A stretch of 64,000 nucleotides of DNA from Dehalococcoidia bacterium (GTDB lineage: Bacteria; Chloroflexota; Dehalococcoidia; Lucifugimonadales; Australimonadaceae), in contig OZ244813.1 in NCBI GenBank assembly GCA_965220225.1, forward strand, positions 2,826,570 to 2,890,569, written 5' to 3'. The position numbers were made by a program, and so were the translations under genes. The notes beneath the pieces were generated by a model that had not been told where the DNA came from, ran no database searches, and worked only from the letters and a program-made list of their open reading frames with translations. Within the stretch, counting starts at the first letter, position 1; each line of letters begins with the position of its first letter. Positions 1-9,625 of this stretch are shown in pieces.

Positions 1-413
1 GCGACCCGCCCCGCAAGGGCGTCATCATCGTGCTCGCGAACGTGGGCTACTCGCTCGGCCTCGCCATGCTGGGGCTCGCCGCGCTGGCGCTGGCGTCGTG
101 GTTCTACGTCGCGCTCGCCGTGCTGGCGTTCCTCGGCCTGATGGACGTCGTCAGCTTCACCGCGAGGCAGGCGCTCATCCAACTCGTGGCGCCCGACTAC
201 TACCGGGGCCGCGTGGGCAGCTTCTCCTCGATCCTCGCCGGGCTGGGGAACGGTACGGGCTCGGCGGTCATAGGGGGGGTGTCATCCATCGCCGGCGTAC
301 CCGGAGCGTTCATCATCAACGGGTGCATCTGCCTGAGCATCACCGCGGCATCCGGGTTGACGTGGCGCGGCATCTGGCGCCACGATCAGCGCACCGAGGC
401 CCCCGCCGATTGA
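1..413 (+). CDS. MFS transporter, C-terminal part (5' truncated)
   Basis: Hydrophobic helices and an 'LIQLVAPDYYRGRVGS' motif typical of MFS_3/EntS-like exporters. Confidence 0.75.
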   Translation, partial: DPPRKGVIIVLANVGYSLGLAMLGLAALALASWFYVALAVLAFLGLMDVVSFTARQALIQLVAPDYYRGRVGSFSSILAGLGNGTGSAVIGGVSSIAGVPGAFIINGCICLSITAASGLTWRGIWRHDQRTEAPAD

Positions 414-426
414 GCGGCGCCCTGCC

Positions 427-1176
427 CTACGCCGACGCCTTGCCCTGCGCCGCGACCGCTGCCATCGCCTGCTCGACCGCGGCCTGGTCGCCGAGGTAGC
501 GGCTGCCCTGCGGCGTGAGGTCGTCCGCGAGGTCGTAGACAAGCGGAACGCCGGTGGGGATGTTCAGGTCGATGATGTCAGCGTCGGAGATGTTATCGAG
601 GTGCTTCACGAGCGCGCGGAGGCTGTTGCCGTGCGCGACGATGAGGACGCGCTTGCCCGCGCGGATGTCCGGTGCGATCGTGCTCTCCCAGTACGGTACG
701 AACCGGGCGACCGTCTCCTTGAGCGCCTCGGTCAGGGGCATCTCGCCGTCAGGGATGGCGCCGTAGCGGCGGTCGCGTCCGGGGTGGCGCTCGTCGTCCG
801 GCGTGAGCGCGGGAGGCGGCACGTCGTAGCTCCTGCGCCAGAGGAGCACTTGCTCCTCGCCGTGCTCGGCGGCGGTCTCCGCCTTGTTGAGCCCTTGGAG
901 TGCGCCGTAGTGGCGCTCGTTCAGCCGCCAGTCGCGTATGACGGGGAGCCACATGAGATCCATCTCGTCGAGCACGATCCAGAGCGTCCGGATGGCCCGC
1001 TTGAGGACGGACGTGTAGGCGACGTCGAAGGTGAACCCCTCCTCCAGCAGCAGTTGACCGGAGCGCGCAGCCTCCTCCCGTCCGGTGTCGGTGAGGTCGA
1101 CGTCGGTCCAGCCGGAGAAGCGGTTGGACAGGTTCCAGTCGCTTTCGCCGTGTCGCAGGAGCACTACCTGGGGCAT
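427..1176 (-). CDS. gpmA: 2,3-bisphosphoglycerate-dependent phosphoglycerate mutase
   Basis: [27 protein letters not shown] and LNIPTG motifs. Confidence 0.95.
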   Translation of the reverse strand: MPQVVLLRHGESDWNLSNRFSGWTDVDLTDTGREEAARSGQLLLEEGFTFDVAYTSVLKRAIRTLWIVLDEMDLMWLPVIRDWRLNERHYGALQGLNKAETAAEHGEEQVLLWRRSYDVPPPALTPDDERHPGRDRRYGAIPDGEMPLTEALKETVARFVPYWESTIAPDIRAGKRVLIVAHGNSLRALVKHLDNISDADIIDLNIPTGVPLVYDLADDLTPQGSRYLGDQAAVEQAMAAVAAQGKASA

Positions 1177-1304
1177 CGTTCATCCTCCGCGTCGTGTGTC
1201 ACATGCATTGTGCCACAAGGCACGCGACAGTTGTTGTCATGTCGAGCGAAGCCGGAGGCCGAGTCCGCGCTTTAGCACGCAACATCCTCTCGGGGTGGCC
1301 TTAT

Positions 1305-1349
1305 CCCCTCTCCCCCTGGGAGAGGGTGCCGCGTAGCGGCGGGTGAGGG
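1305..1349 (+). repeat. REP-like palindrome, family A (CCCCTCTCCC-n-GGGAGAGGG...GGGTGAGGG)
   Basis: Hairpin recurring at about 4467, 40068, 40165, 41043, 44058, 46808, 48152, 49496, 49553, 50121, 50234 and 52258. Confidence 0.8.
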
Positions 1350-1422
1350 CGGACCCCACGGCAGCCATGGCGTGATTTCGCGTAGCATCACCGGGTAGGA
1401 GGCCGATGAGAGTGCCCCGCAG

Positions 1423-2736
1423 ATGACCAACCCCCTTCGCAGCCTTGGCGCGCAACAGGCCGCGGCCGGACGCAGCGCCCGTTCGCGCTCCCGCATCAAG
1501 TGGCTCTCTGCTGCCTGCGTCGCCGGTGCAGTCGTGCTGGTCTGGGGCCTTTGGGTTTCCGGAGTCATCTTCAACGGGCCGGTCCCGCTCCCGGCGAGCG
1601 GAGTCGACGCGCCGGTGGACGCGGACGACTGGGCGCTGGCAGGCCGCGACCCCGCGCACACCGCAGCCGTCCCGTCCCACGACGGGTTCGAGGGCGAGGA
1701 GCTGTGGAGGTTCGAGACCCCGCACCCGCTCAGCGCCGCGCCCGCCGTCGCCGACGGGCAGGTCTTCCTGGGAACAGGCAACGACCGGATCGTGGCCTTG
1801 GATAGCACGTCGGGCGATGTGCTCTGGGAGCACCGGTTGACCACTGTTACTGTCACCACTCCTGCGGTGACGCAGGACGCCGTATACGTGACGGTGCGGG
1901 ACGGCCTGCTGCTTGCGCTTGGGCGTCACGGCGGCGCCGAACTGTGGGACTTCCAGGCCGGCAGCGGGTTCTTCGCGTCGCCTGCCGTCTACCGGGGCGT
2001 GGTCTACGCAGGGTCATGGGACGGCGTGCTCTACGCGGTTGACGCTCAGAACGGTCGGTTGCTCTGGACGTTCCAGGCTGACGGGAGCATCGTTGCGCCT
2101 CCGGCTTTCCAGGACGACCTGATGGCCCTCGCCACGGACGACGGACTCGTCTATGTGCTCGACCTCATCACCGGCAGGAAACGGCTCATCTTCGACACCG
2201 TGAACGCCCTCGCGGAGAGCCCGGTATTCGCTGGCGACCTCATCCTCATAGGCACGGGGCGGGGAAGACTGGCAGCGGTCGACCGGATGAAACTCGAGTA
2301 CCCGTTCGAGCGCGCCTTCCGTTCCTGGCGGCAGCAGTTCGTCATCTGGGGGCTGCAGGCGGAACCGCCACTCCCCAAGGGACTGGTCTGGGGACGCATC
2401 CTCGCCCGTGACAGCGCCCTGAGCGGTCCGGCTGTCCTCGATGGTGTGGCGTACCTGGCCAGCCGGGACGGGAGGCTGCACGCGGTTTCGGTCGCCGACG
2501 GTAGCCTGCTCTGGGAGTACGACACCGGAGCGCTGCTCCACTCCGCTCCAGCCGCGGCAGGCGGTCACGTTTACATCGGCAACGACGCCGGGGAGGTTCA
2601 CGTCGTCGACCGGGCTACCGGCGAGCCGGTTCAAATCATCCAGGCGGGTGTCCCGGTCAGCGGGCAGATCGTCGTAACGGAGCACGGTCTCTACGTCACA
2701 TCCGGGGAAGCAGGAACGCTCATCGCCCTGCGCTAG
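1423..2736 (+). CDS. Membrane-anchored PQQ-like beta-propeller repeat protein (BamB-like)
   Basis: N-terminal TM segment and repeated 'LYAVDA..G.LLW.F' blades. Confidence 0.85.
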   Translation: MTNPLRSLGAQQAAAGRSARSRSRIKWLSAACVAGAVVLVWGLWVSGVIFNGPVPLPASGVDAPVDADDWALAGRDPAHTAAVPSHDGFEGEELWRFETPHPLSAAPAVADGQVFLGTGNDRIVALDSTSGDVLWEHRLTTVTVTTPAVTQDAVYVTVRDGLLLALGRHGGAELWDFQAGSGFFASPAVYRGVVYAGSWDGVLYAVDAQNGRLLWTFQADGSIVAPPAFQDDLMALATDDGLVYVLDLITGRKRLIFDTVNALAESPVFAGDLILIGTGRGRLAAVDRMKLEYPFERAFRSWRQQFVIWGLQAEPPLPKGLVWGRILARDSALSGPAVLDGVAYLASRDGRLHAVSVADGSLLWEYDTGALLHSAPAAAGGHVYIGNDAGEVHVVDRATGEPVQIIQAGVPVSGQIVVTEHGLYVTSGEAGTLIALR

Positions 2737-2861
2737 TTGAGTCGGACCCCACACAGCGCAAGACTATGCGCTAACCGGCGTCTAAAGTTCACTTAACCAC
2801 ACCCAGCCCTCTGCACGGTACGTTCTTGGATGAACCAGTCCTCACTTGGGGGGTGCGCTAT

Positions 2862-3710
2862 ATGGGTAACTCGGATACGTATTTCGTCCACCTGAGCGAT
2901 ACGCACATCCTGGCCCACGAAGACGAACGACTCTACGGAAACGACACCACCGCGAATTTCAGGGCGGTCATAGATCACTTGGAGACTGAGCAGATAGAAC
3001 CTTCTTTCGTCCTCATCACCGGAGACCTCACCGACCACGGCGAATGGCCCAGCTACCGCAGGCTTCGCGGCCTCGTCCGGGAAACCGAACTGCGGCTCGG
3101 CGTTCCGGTGCTTCTCGTGCTCGGCAACCACGACCGCCGCTCGGCATTCCGCCAGGCGATACTCGGCGACGCCGAGGCTACCGACGCGGACGAGTACTAC
3201 TACGCCACGACGATCAACGGCCTCCGCATCATCGTCCTCGATTCAACCATCTCAGGACGGGACGACGGCGAGATCGGGCCGCGCCAGCTCGAATGGCTGG
3301 AGGATCAGTTCGCCTTCGGCCCGGTAGGGCAGCCGACAGTGATCGCCCTGCACCATCCCCCTCACCTTGCCGCCAACACCCATCTCGATGGCTTCGCCCT
3401 GGAGGACCGCGAACGTCTGGAACGCGTGATCGCCCGCCACAACGTGCTGGCGGTCCTGAGCGGGCACACGCATCTCTCCTCGCACGCCCGCTTGGGGAAC
3501 GCGGCGTCGCTCTCGGCGCCGTCCACCGCGTATCTGGCGAACCCCGCTCCGGGCCGCGATTTCTGCAGGACATCGGGCATCGGTTTCAACATCGTGAGCC
3601 TGAGATCAGGGAAGATCACCTCGCACCCGGTCATACTGCCGGCCCCGTCAGCATTGTTGCAGTACGTCCCACCGTCCATCGATTCCGAGCTTCTGGCGGC
3701 GATCGCCTAG
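2862..3710 (+). CDS. Metallophosphoesterase (CpdA/Icc-like)
   Basis: DTH, GDLTD, GNHD, HHPP and GHTH calcineurin-like motifs. Confidence 0.88.
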   Translation: MGNSDTYFVHLSDTHILAHEDERLYGNDTTANFRAVIDHLETEQIEPSFVLITGDLTDHGEWPSYRRLRGLVRETELRLGVPVLLVLGNHDRRSAFRQAILGDAEATDADEYYYATTINGLRIIVLDSTISGRDDGEIGPRQLEWLEDQFAFGPVGQPTVIALHHPPHLAANTHLDGFALEDRERLERVIARHNVLAVLSGHTHLSSHARLGNAASLSAPSTAYLANPAPGRDFCRTSGIGFNIVSLRSGKITSHPVILPAPSALLQYVPPSIDSELLAAIA

Positions 3711-3716
3711 TACCAT

Positions 3717-4463
3717 ATGGAAACCCTGACGCAGACGAGACAGATCGACATCCCCGGCGTGCACAACATGCGCGACACCGGCGGCTACCCCGCAGCCGGC
3801 GGCTGTACGACGCGCTGGGGCACACTCTTCCGCTCCGCACGCCTGCACGCGTTGGGTCCGTCGAGCATGCAGATGCTGGTCGACATGGGCATCCGCACGG
3901 TCGTGGACCTTCGCGGCGAGGGCGAGATCGCCAGAGCGCCCGACACCTGCGCCGATTGGCCGGGCATCGCCTACAAGCACATCCCGCTCACTCCTGCCCA
4001 CATCAGGACGAACGGCGACCGCCCTGCCAACCTCGAAGCGCAGAACGAACGCTACCTTGAGGACTCGTCAGAGCAGATAGCGATGGTGCTGCGGGTGCTG
4101 GCCCGGTCCAACGCGTTTCCGGCGATCGTCCACTGCACCGCGGGCAAGGACCGTACCGGGATCATCACCGCCCTCCTGCTGGCGCTCGTTGGAGTCCCCG
4201 ACAACGTCATCGCTGACGACTATCTCCTCAGCCTGCACGGCGCTGCTCCTGTCCTGGAGGCGCTGCGGGTGGAGGGCGCCGCGAGCGGCTGGGACCTCGA
4301 CCACCTCGAGCGGATGCTCGAATGCCGCCCGGAGGTGATAACGCACACGCTGGACGTGCTGCGGCGGCGCCACGGAGGCGTGGAGCGCTACCTCTCGCAG
4401 GCGGGAGTATGGCTCGCTGACCTGCAGACCCTGCGCGCCGCGCTCCTCGAGCCTGCCCGGTAG
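3717..4463 (+). CDS. Tyrosine-protein phosphatase (Y_phosphatase3/PtpB-like)
   Basis: NMRDTGG, VVDLR, HCTAGKDRTG P-loop and DYLLS. Confidence 0.9.
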   Translation: METLTQTRQIDIPGVHNMRDTGGYPAAGGCTTRWGTLFRSARLHALGPSSMQMLVDMGIRTVVDLRGEGEIARAPDTCADWPGIAYKHIPLTPAHIRTNGDRPANLEAQNERYLEDSSEQIAMVLRVLARSNAFPAIVHCTAGKDRTGIITALLLALVGVPDNVIADDYLLSLHGAAPVLEALRVEGAASGWDLDHLERMLECRPEVITHTLDVLRRRHGGVERYLSQAGVWLADLQTLRAALLEPAR

Positions 4464-4466
4464 GAT

Positions 4467-4502
4467 CCCCTCTCCCTACAAGGGGAGAGGTTAGGGAGAG
4501 GG
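4467..4502 (+). repeat. REP-like palindrome family A
   Basis: CCCCTCTCCCTACAAGGGGAGAGGTTAGGGAGAGGG just after the stop codon. Confidence 0.75.
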
Positions 4503-4694
4503 TACTGCGGAGGGGTGGGGCGTCGGGTGCCATCGGTTCCGCCAACCACTGACACGCGCCCCTTTCGCGGTCGCGCCCTGCCCTCGTAGGCTGGTTGCAT
4601 GACCGTCGTACGGACAGCACCCATAGACAGCGCCTATACCTCGCGCCTCAGCTATAGACAGGGTCTATGGTTCCGCCGCCAACTTCTGAAAACG

Positions 4695-4845
4695 TTGGCA
4701 TCCTTGCATCCTTGGTCGCGGGAAGCAGGCCGTGGCCTTGTAAACACCCCAAACCAAGGATGCCAAGAGTGCCAGATCGAGCCTTCGGTTTACTCGTGGG
4801 CGCCGACCAAGAATGCCAGGAACGGGGTGCCATTGGCATCCTTGG
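4695..4845. repeat. Iteron-like TTGGCATCCTTGG direct/inverted repeats around GGGAAGCAGGCCGTGGCCT
   Basis: About 5 copies in both orientations; a homologous block lies at 49971-50095. Confidence 0.65.
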
Positions 4846-4916
4846 CCGGACCCGCGCTTTGACGCGCGAGGGGGCGGGTGCTATACCGCGTCCATACGTG
4901 GGAGGAGGTATGTGCC

Positions 4917-6020
4917 ATGGCAAGCAAGTTGCAGGTCGTTGACGGGGACGGACACCTGGTGACGGACATCGCGGCGGTGGCAAGCCGCATGCCGCAGGAG
5001 TTTCTGAACCGCGCGGGAGGCAGCAGCCTCGGCAACATCTTCCCGCCGATAGACCACCTCCACGCCGCTCAGCCCGTCGCGACGCCGCCGGGGTCGTTCC
5101 CCAAGATCGGCGTCGAGGAGTGGCTCATGTTCATGGACGAGGTCGGCATCGACTGCGCCGCGCTCTTCCCGACAGGCGGCCTGTCCTACGGACGCATCGT
5201 CAACAGGGACTGGGCCATCGCCGTGTGCCGGGCCTACAACGACTGGCTCTACGACACCTACGTGAAGAGCAGTCCGCGGTTCGTTGGCCTCGCCCTCATC
5301 CCCATGCAGGAGCCGGAGGAGGCCGCCTTGGAGCTGCGCCGTGCCGTCAACGACCTTGGGATGGCGGGCGCGATGCTCCCGACGCGCGGACTCCCGAACC
5401 ACCTCGGCGCGAAGGAGTACTGGCCCGTGTACGAGGAGGCCGACCGCCTCGGCTGCTGCCTCGCCGTCCACGGCGGCTCGCACAGCGGCATGGGGTTCGA
5501 CCACCTGAACGTCTACGCGCCCGTCCATGCGATGGGCCACCCGGTGGGGCTGATGACCGCCTTCGCCGGCGTCGTCTTCAACGGCGTCCTCGACCGCTAC
5601 CCGAACGCGCGCTGGGGCTTCCTCGAGGGCGGCGTCGCCTGGTTCATGCTCTGCATGGAACGGTTCGACCGCTCCTATGAAACGCACATCGACCTCGACC
5701 CGCGCGGAGAGCTGCTGCAGTTGCGCGACGGCGAACGCGTGAGCGACTACATCCTGCGCCATATCCACGACGGACGCCTGTTCGTCGGGTGCGAAGGCAC
5801 CGAGCCGCTCATCTCGGAGGCGCTGCGCCTGACGAGCGGAAAGTGCTTCGTCTTCTCGTCCGACTTCCCGCACGAGGTCAACGCGGAGATCTGCAAGCAC
5901 GAGCTCAGCGAGATCTTCGAGAACACGAAGATCACCGGCGAGGAGCGGACGGGCGTGCTGTCTGAGAACGCCCGCGCGCTCTACGGGCGGCCCGTTGCCG
6001 CAGGTCTCGAAGCCCACTAG
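4917..6020 (+). CDS. Amidohydrolase_2 family protein
   Basis: DGDGH, RAYNDW, AVHG, FLEGG and SSDFPH motifs; GGAGG RBS. Confidence 0.88.
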   Translation: MASKLQVVDGDGHLVTDIAAVASRMPQEFLNRAGGSSLGNIFPPIDHLHAAQPVATPPGSFPKIGVEEWLMFMDEVGIDCAALFPTGGLSYGRIVNRDWAIAVCRAYNDWLYDTYVKSSPRFVGLALIPMQEPEEAALELRRAVNDLGMAGAMLPTRGLPNHLGAKEYWPVYEEADRLGCCLAVHGGSHSGMGFDHLNVYAPVHAMGHPVGLMTAFAGVVFNGVLDRYPNARWGFLEGGVAWFMLCMERFDRSYETHIDLDPRGELLQLRDGERVSDYILRHIHDGRLFVGCEGTEPLISEALRLTSGKCFVFSSDFPHEVNAEICKHELSEIFENTKITGEERTGVLSENARALYGRPVAAGLEAH

Positions 6021-6050
6021 CGTGCCTGCGACTTCCGAAGGAGGCAGCCC

Positions 6051-7043
6051 ATGACAGTGATGGTGACGGGGGGATGCGGCCTCGGCGGATCGTTCGCGGT
6101 CCGCTACGCGCTCGACCAGGGCGAGGACGTGGTCGCGTTCGACATCGCGATCAAGACCGAGCTCCTCGACGACGTGAAGGACCGCGTGCGGTTCGTGAAG
6201 GGCGACATCTCCAACGCCTCCGAGGTATTCGGCGCGGTAGCCGACAACGGCGTGCGCCGTATCCTGCACACGGCCAGCTTCCTGACCGGCCCGGCGTACG
6301 ACCGCCCGCTCGCGGCGGCGCAGACGATGGTCATCGGCACGCTCAACGTGCTGGAAGCGGCGCGGGCGCTCAAGGTGGAGCGCGTGGTGCACGTCAGCAC
6401 CGGCAAGACCGTCCCGACGGCGCGCCAGTTCGCCGAGGCCGCGGGCTCCGGCAACGTGAAGATCATGCCGGACCCCTACACGAGCCATAAGGTCGCCACG
6501 GAACTGCTCTGCAACGACTACCGAGGTCTGTACGACATGGACGTCATCGTCATCTACCCCGGCCAGCTGTTCGGGCCGGGGTACGACTTCGCGGGAGGCT
6601 TCGGGCGCGCGCTCAAGCCCATCGTCGAGAAATCGCTGCGCGGCGAGCTGGTGGTGCTCGACTCGTGGGACGCTGCCGCGGTGTCGACGCCGCGCGAGCT
6701 CAACCCCACGCCGCCCATCCGCACCGTGCCCGTGATGTACGCCTCCGACGCGGGGCGCGGCGAGATGATGGCGACACTCGCGGACGAACTCCCTGCCAAC
6801 GTCTATCGCCTCCAATCGAAAGAGGAGCTGACCATGTATGAGATCACGCAGATCATCATGCGGCTCATACCCGGCTCCTCCATCGAGGCGCCGGAGCCGG
6901 AGGTGCGCGGCGGGCCTGTCGACCCCGATTCGCCCGCGAACCGGCACTTCGGCTTCGCCCCCGAGTACGACATGGAAGCTGGCCTCCGCGAGTACATCGA
7001 CTTCCTGCAGACAGGGAGGTACCGCCGCCTCCTGGGCGCCTAG
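6051..7043 (+). CDS. NAD-dependent epimerase/dehydratase
   Basis: VTGGCGLGG Rossmann motif and YTSHK (YxxxK). Confidence 0.85.
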   Translation: MTVMVTGGCGLGGSFAVRYALDQGEDVVAFDIAIKTELLDDVKDRVRFVKGDISNASEVFGAVADNGVRRILHTASFLTGPAYDRPLAAAQTMVIGTLNVLEAARALKVERVVHVSTGKTVPTARQFAEAAGSGNVKIMPDPYTSHKVATELLCNDYRGLYDMDVIVIYPGQLFGPGYDFAGGFGRALKPIVEKSLRGELVVLDSWDAAAVSTPRELNPTPPIRTVPVMYASDAGRGEMMATLADELPANVYRLQSKEELTMYEITQIIMRLIPGSSIEAPEPEVRGGPVDPDSPANRHFGFAPEYDMEAGLREYIDFLQTGRYRRLLGA

Positions 7044-7046
7044 CCG

Positions 7047-8324
7047 ATGGCGCAGCCCCCAGGAGTGCAGAGAGGCGGGGACCCGGAGACCGAGCGAACG
7101 CCGGGGCTGCTCAGCAAGGCGGCGCTGCCCGTCTTCTCTGCGTTCTTCCTGTGGGGCTTCGGGACGGGGGCGCTCTGGATGGCCCGGCCACTGCTCGCCT
7201 ACGAGCTCGGCGGCTCCCTCTTCCTCGTAGGACTCGTTTCGGCAGCCAGCGCAGCCCCCAGGATGCCCGGAGGCCCGCTGGCGGGGATGGTCGCCGACAG
7301 GCTCGGGCGGCGTCCGGTAGTGGCGGCGGGCGCGATCCTGCATGGCGGAGCCGCGGCCCTGCAGGCGTTCACCGACAGCTACGCGGTCTTCCTTGGCCTC
7401 GAACTCTTCTCCGGGCTCGGCGTAGCCGTATGGATGACGGGATCAGCCGCGCTGCTCGCGGACTTCACTCGGGTGACCAACCGGGGCCGGGGGGTCGCCC
7501 TGCGGAACACCTCCATGCGACTGGGCATACTCGCGGGACCGGCCGTCGGGGGAGCCATCGCGGCGGCGGTCGATATCCGCGCCGTCTTCATCTTCATCGC
7601 GGTGACCAAGATCTTCATCGTGGCTATCGCAGTGCTGCTGATCCGGGAAACGCGGCAGGCTGCGGTGCAGGTCGACGAGAGGCGAACAGAGCAGCCGCGA
7701 CGCCTCCCGCGACTGGACGTATCGATATTCAGGACGCGGAACTTCATCACGCTGAGCGTGGTGACGCTCGCGGTGGGCCTCGTGACCGCGGGGCCGGGCG
7801 CGTTCCGGACCTACTTCCCCGTGCAGGCCGAGGAGGTGGGGCTCAGCATCGAGGAGATCGGTGCGGCGATCAGCATGTCCGGCATACTCGCGATGCTGGC
7901 GGCGCTGCCTGCGGGCGGGCTGGCAGACTGGTGGGGACGCAGGCCGCTGCTGCTGGTCGGACTCGTGACGATGGCGGCGGGGATGTTCCTGACCCTCGGG
8001 ATGGACGCCCTGATGATGGCGCTGGTGGTAGCGAGCGCGTTCAGCATCGGCGAGGTCACCGGCACGAACACGCTCCAGACCTACGCTATGGACCTCGCGC
8101 CGGTGGACAAGCGGGGCTACTTCCTGGGGACGTGGCAGGCAACTATGGACTTCGGCCACCTGGCCGGTCCGCTCCTCGTGGGCGCCATCGCCGCGCCGCT
8201 GGGCATCCCCGCGGCATTCGGCATCGTGGGGGGTGTGCTGCTCCTGTCGGCGGCATTTCTGGCGGTCTCCGGGACGGACCGCACCGCGAGCCCCTCCGCC
8301 ACGGGCGGCGGAGGCCCGGGTTAG
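7047..8324 (+). CDS. MFS transporter
   Basis: About 12 TM helices; motif A twice (GMVADRLGRR, GGLADWWGRR). Confidence 0.9.
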   Translation: MAQPPGVQRGGDPETERTPGLLSKAALPVFSAFFLWGFGTGALWMARPLLAYELGGSLFLVGLVSAASAAPRMPGGPLAGMVADRLGRRPVVAAGAILHGGAAALQAFTDSYAVFLGLELFSGLGVAVWMTGSAALLADFTRVTNRGRGVALRNTSMRLGILAGPAVGGAIAAAVDIRAVFIFIAVTKIFIVAIAVLLIRETRQAAVQVDERRTEQPRRLPRLDVSIFRTRNFITLSVVTLAVGLVTAGPGAFRTYFPVQAEEVGLSIEEIGAAISMSGILAMLAALPAGGLADWWGRRPLLLVGLVTMAAGMFLTLGMDALMMALVVASAFSIGEVTGTNTLQTYAMDLAPVDKRGYFLGTWQATMDFGHLAGPLLVGAIAAPLGIPAAFGIVGGVLLLSAAFLAVSGTDRTASPSATGGGGPG

Positions 8325-8365
8325 ACGCGTGAGGCGACGCCCGATGGCGACTTCTGTGTAACGCT

Positions 8366-9610
8366 TCAGCCAGCGACGAACCGAGAGAAGGCTTCGTTCC
8401 CGAGGAGGCGTCCGTCTTCCGTGAGGCGGAGCGCGTCGCCGTCCCACTCCAGCAGGCCGAGGTCGACGCACTCCGCGGTCGGGCCCGGAAAGGCGTCGCC
8501 GATGCCCTCGCCGAAGCGCTCGCGGAACGTTTCGTCTGAGACCCCGGCGTTCAGACGGAGGCCCATCATCATCGTCTCGGCCATCGCGTCGCGGCGGCTC
8601 GTGGGCTCGCAGTAGCCAGTGGCAGCGGCAGCGGCGACGGCGTCTGCATCGATGGCGGCCTCGGCCTCCCAGGCATTGACGCGCTCGATGTAGGCGCGTG
8701 GCGGGTTGACGTTGGCAAAGCGAACGCCGAATGTGTCGAGCCCTCCGACGCCGTAGAGGTAGCTGTGCGCACCGGGACCCACGCCCAGGTACGGCAGGCT
8801 GCGCCAGTAAGCCAGGTTGTGGACGCTCTCCCTGCCCGGCTTCGCCCAGTTGGATATCTCGTACTGCTGCAGTCCGGCATCGCCGAGCATCGTTTGCGCG
8901 CGGAGGTACATCTCGGCCGCGAGGTCCGGGTCGGGCTCGGGCGTCCTGCCGAGGCGTACGTCGGCCTCCAGCGGCGTGCCGGGCTCGAGTGTGAGGGAGT
9001 AAGCGGAGAGGTGGTCCGTCTCGAGGCGGATGGCCTGCTCGACGGAGCGCTCCCAGACGGCGACCGGTTGGCCGGGCAGCCCAAACATGAGGTCGATGCT
9101 CACGTTTTCGAACCCCGCGTTGCGGGCATCGCGCACAGCCTGCGCGGCGCGTGCGGCGTCGTGGCGTCGTCCGAGCATCGCAAGCTCGGCATCGCTGAAC
9201 GACTGCACCCCGATGGAAACACGGTTGAAGCCCGCATCGCGCATCGCCGCGAGGCGCCCGGGCGAGCAGTCGCCGGGGTTCGCCTCCAGCGTCGCCTCGA
9301 CATGGGCAGGCAGAGCGAAGGCCTCGCGTATCGCGTCCATCAGGCGTTGGAGGTCGTTTGGCGGGAGGTAAGACGGAGTACCACCGCCGAAGAAGACGCT
9401 GGCGAGCGTCGGGCGTTCGAGCCACGCCCCCCACTGCTCGATCTCCCGCACCAGCGCCGCGACGTAGGACGGCATGAGCGGCTCGATGCCCGCGTAGGTG
9501 TTGAAGTCGCAGTAGGGACACTTGGACTCGCAGAAGGGGATGTGCACGTAGAGCGCGAGCCCGCTGCTGAGAGCCGGTTGCCCGTCCTGCATTGCGCCCG
9601 ACCCGCTCAC
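8366..9610 (-). CDS. hemW: Radical SAM heme chaperone HemW
   Basis: LYVHIPFCESKCPYCDF, FFGGGTPS, YEISNW and HNLAYW. Confidence 0.9.
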   Translation of the reverse strand: MSGSGAMQDGQPALSSGLALYVHIPFCESKCPYCDFNTYAGIEPLMPSYVAALVREIEQWGAWLERPTLASVFFGGGTPSYLPPNDLQRLMDAIREAFALPAHVEATLEANPGDCSPGRLAAMRDAGFNRVSIGVQSFSDAELAMLGRRHDAARAAQAVRDARNAGFENVSIDLMFGLPGQPVAVWERSVEQAIRLETDHLSAYSLTLEPGTPLEADVRLGRTPEPDPDLAAEMYLRAQTMLGDAGLQQYEISNWAKPGRESVHNLAYWRSLPYLGVGPGAHSYLYGVGGLDTFGVRFANVNPPRAYIERVNAWEAEAAIDADAVAAAAATGYCEPTSRRDAMAETMMMGLRLNAGVSDETFRERFGEGIGDAFPGPTAECVDLGLLEWDGDALRLTEDGRLLGNEAFSRFVAG

Positions 9611-9625
9611 TACCCTGCCCTCCTG

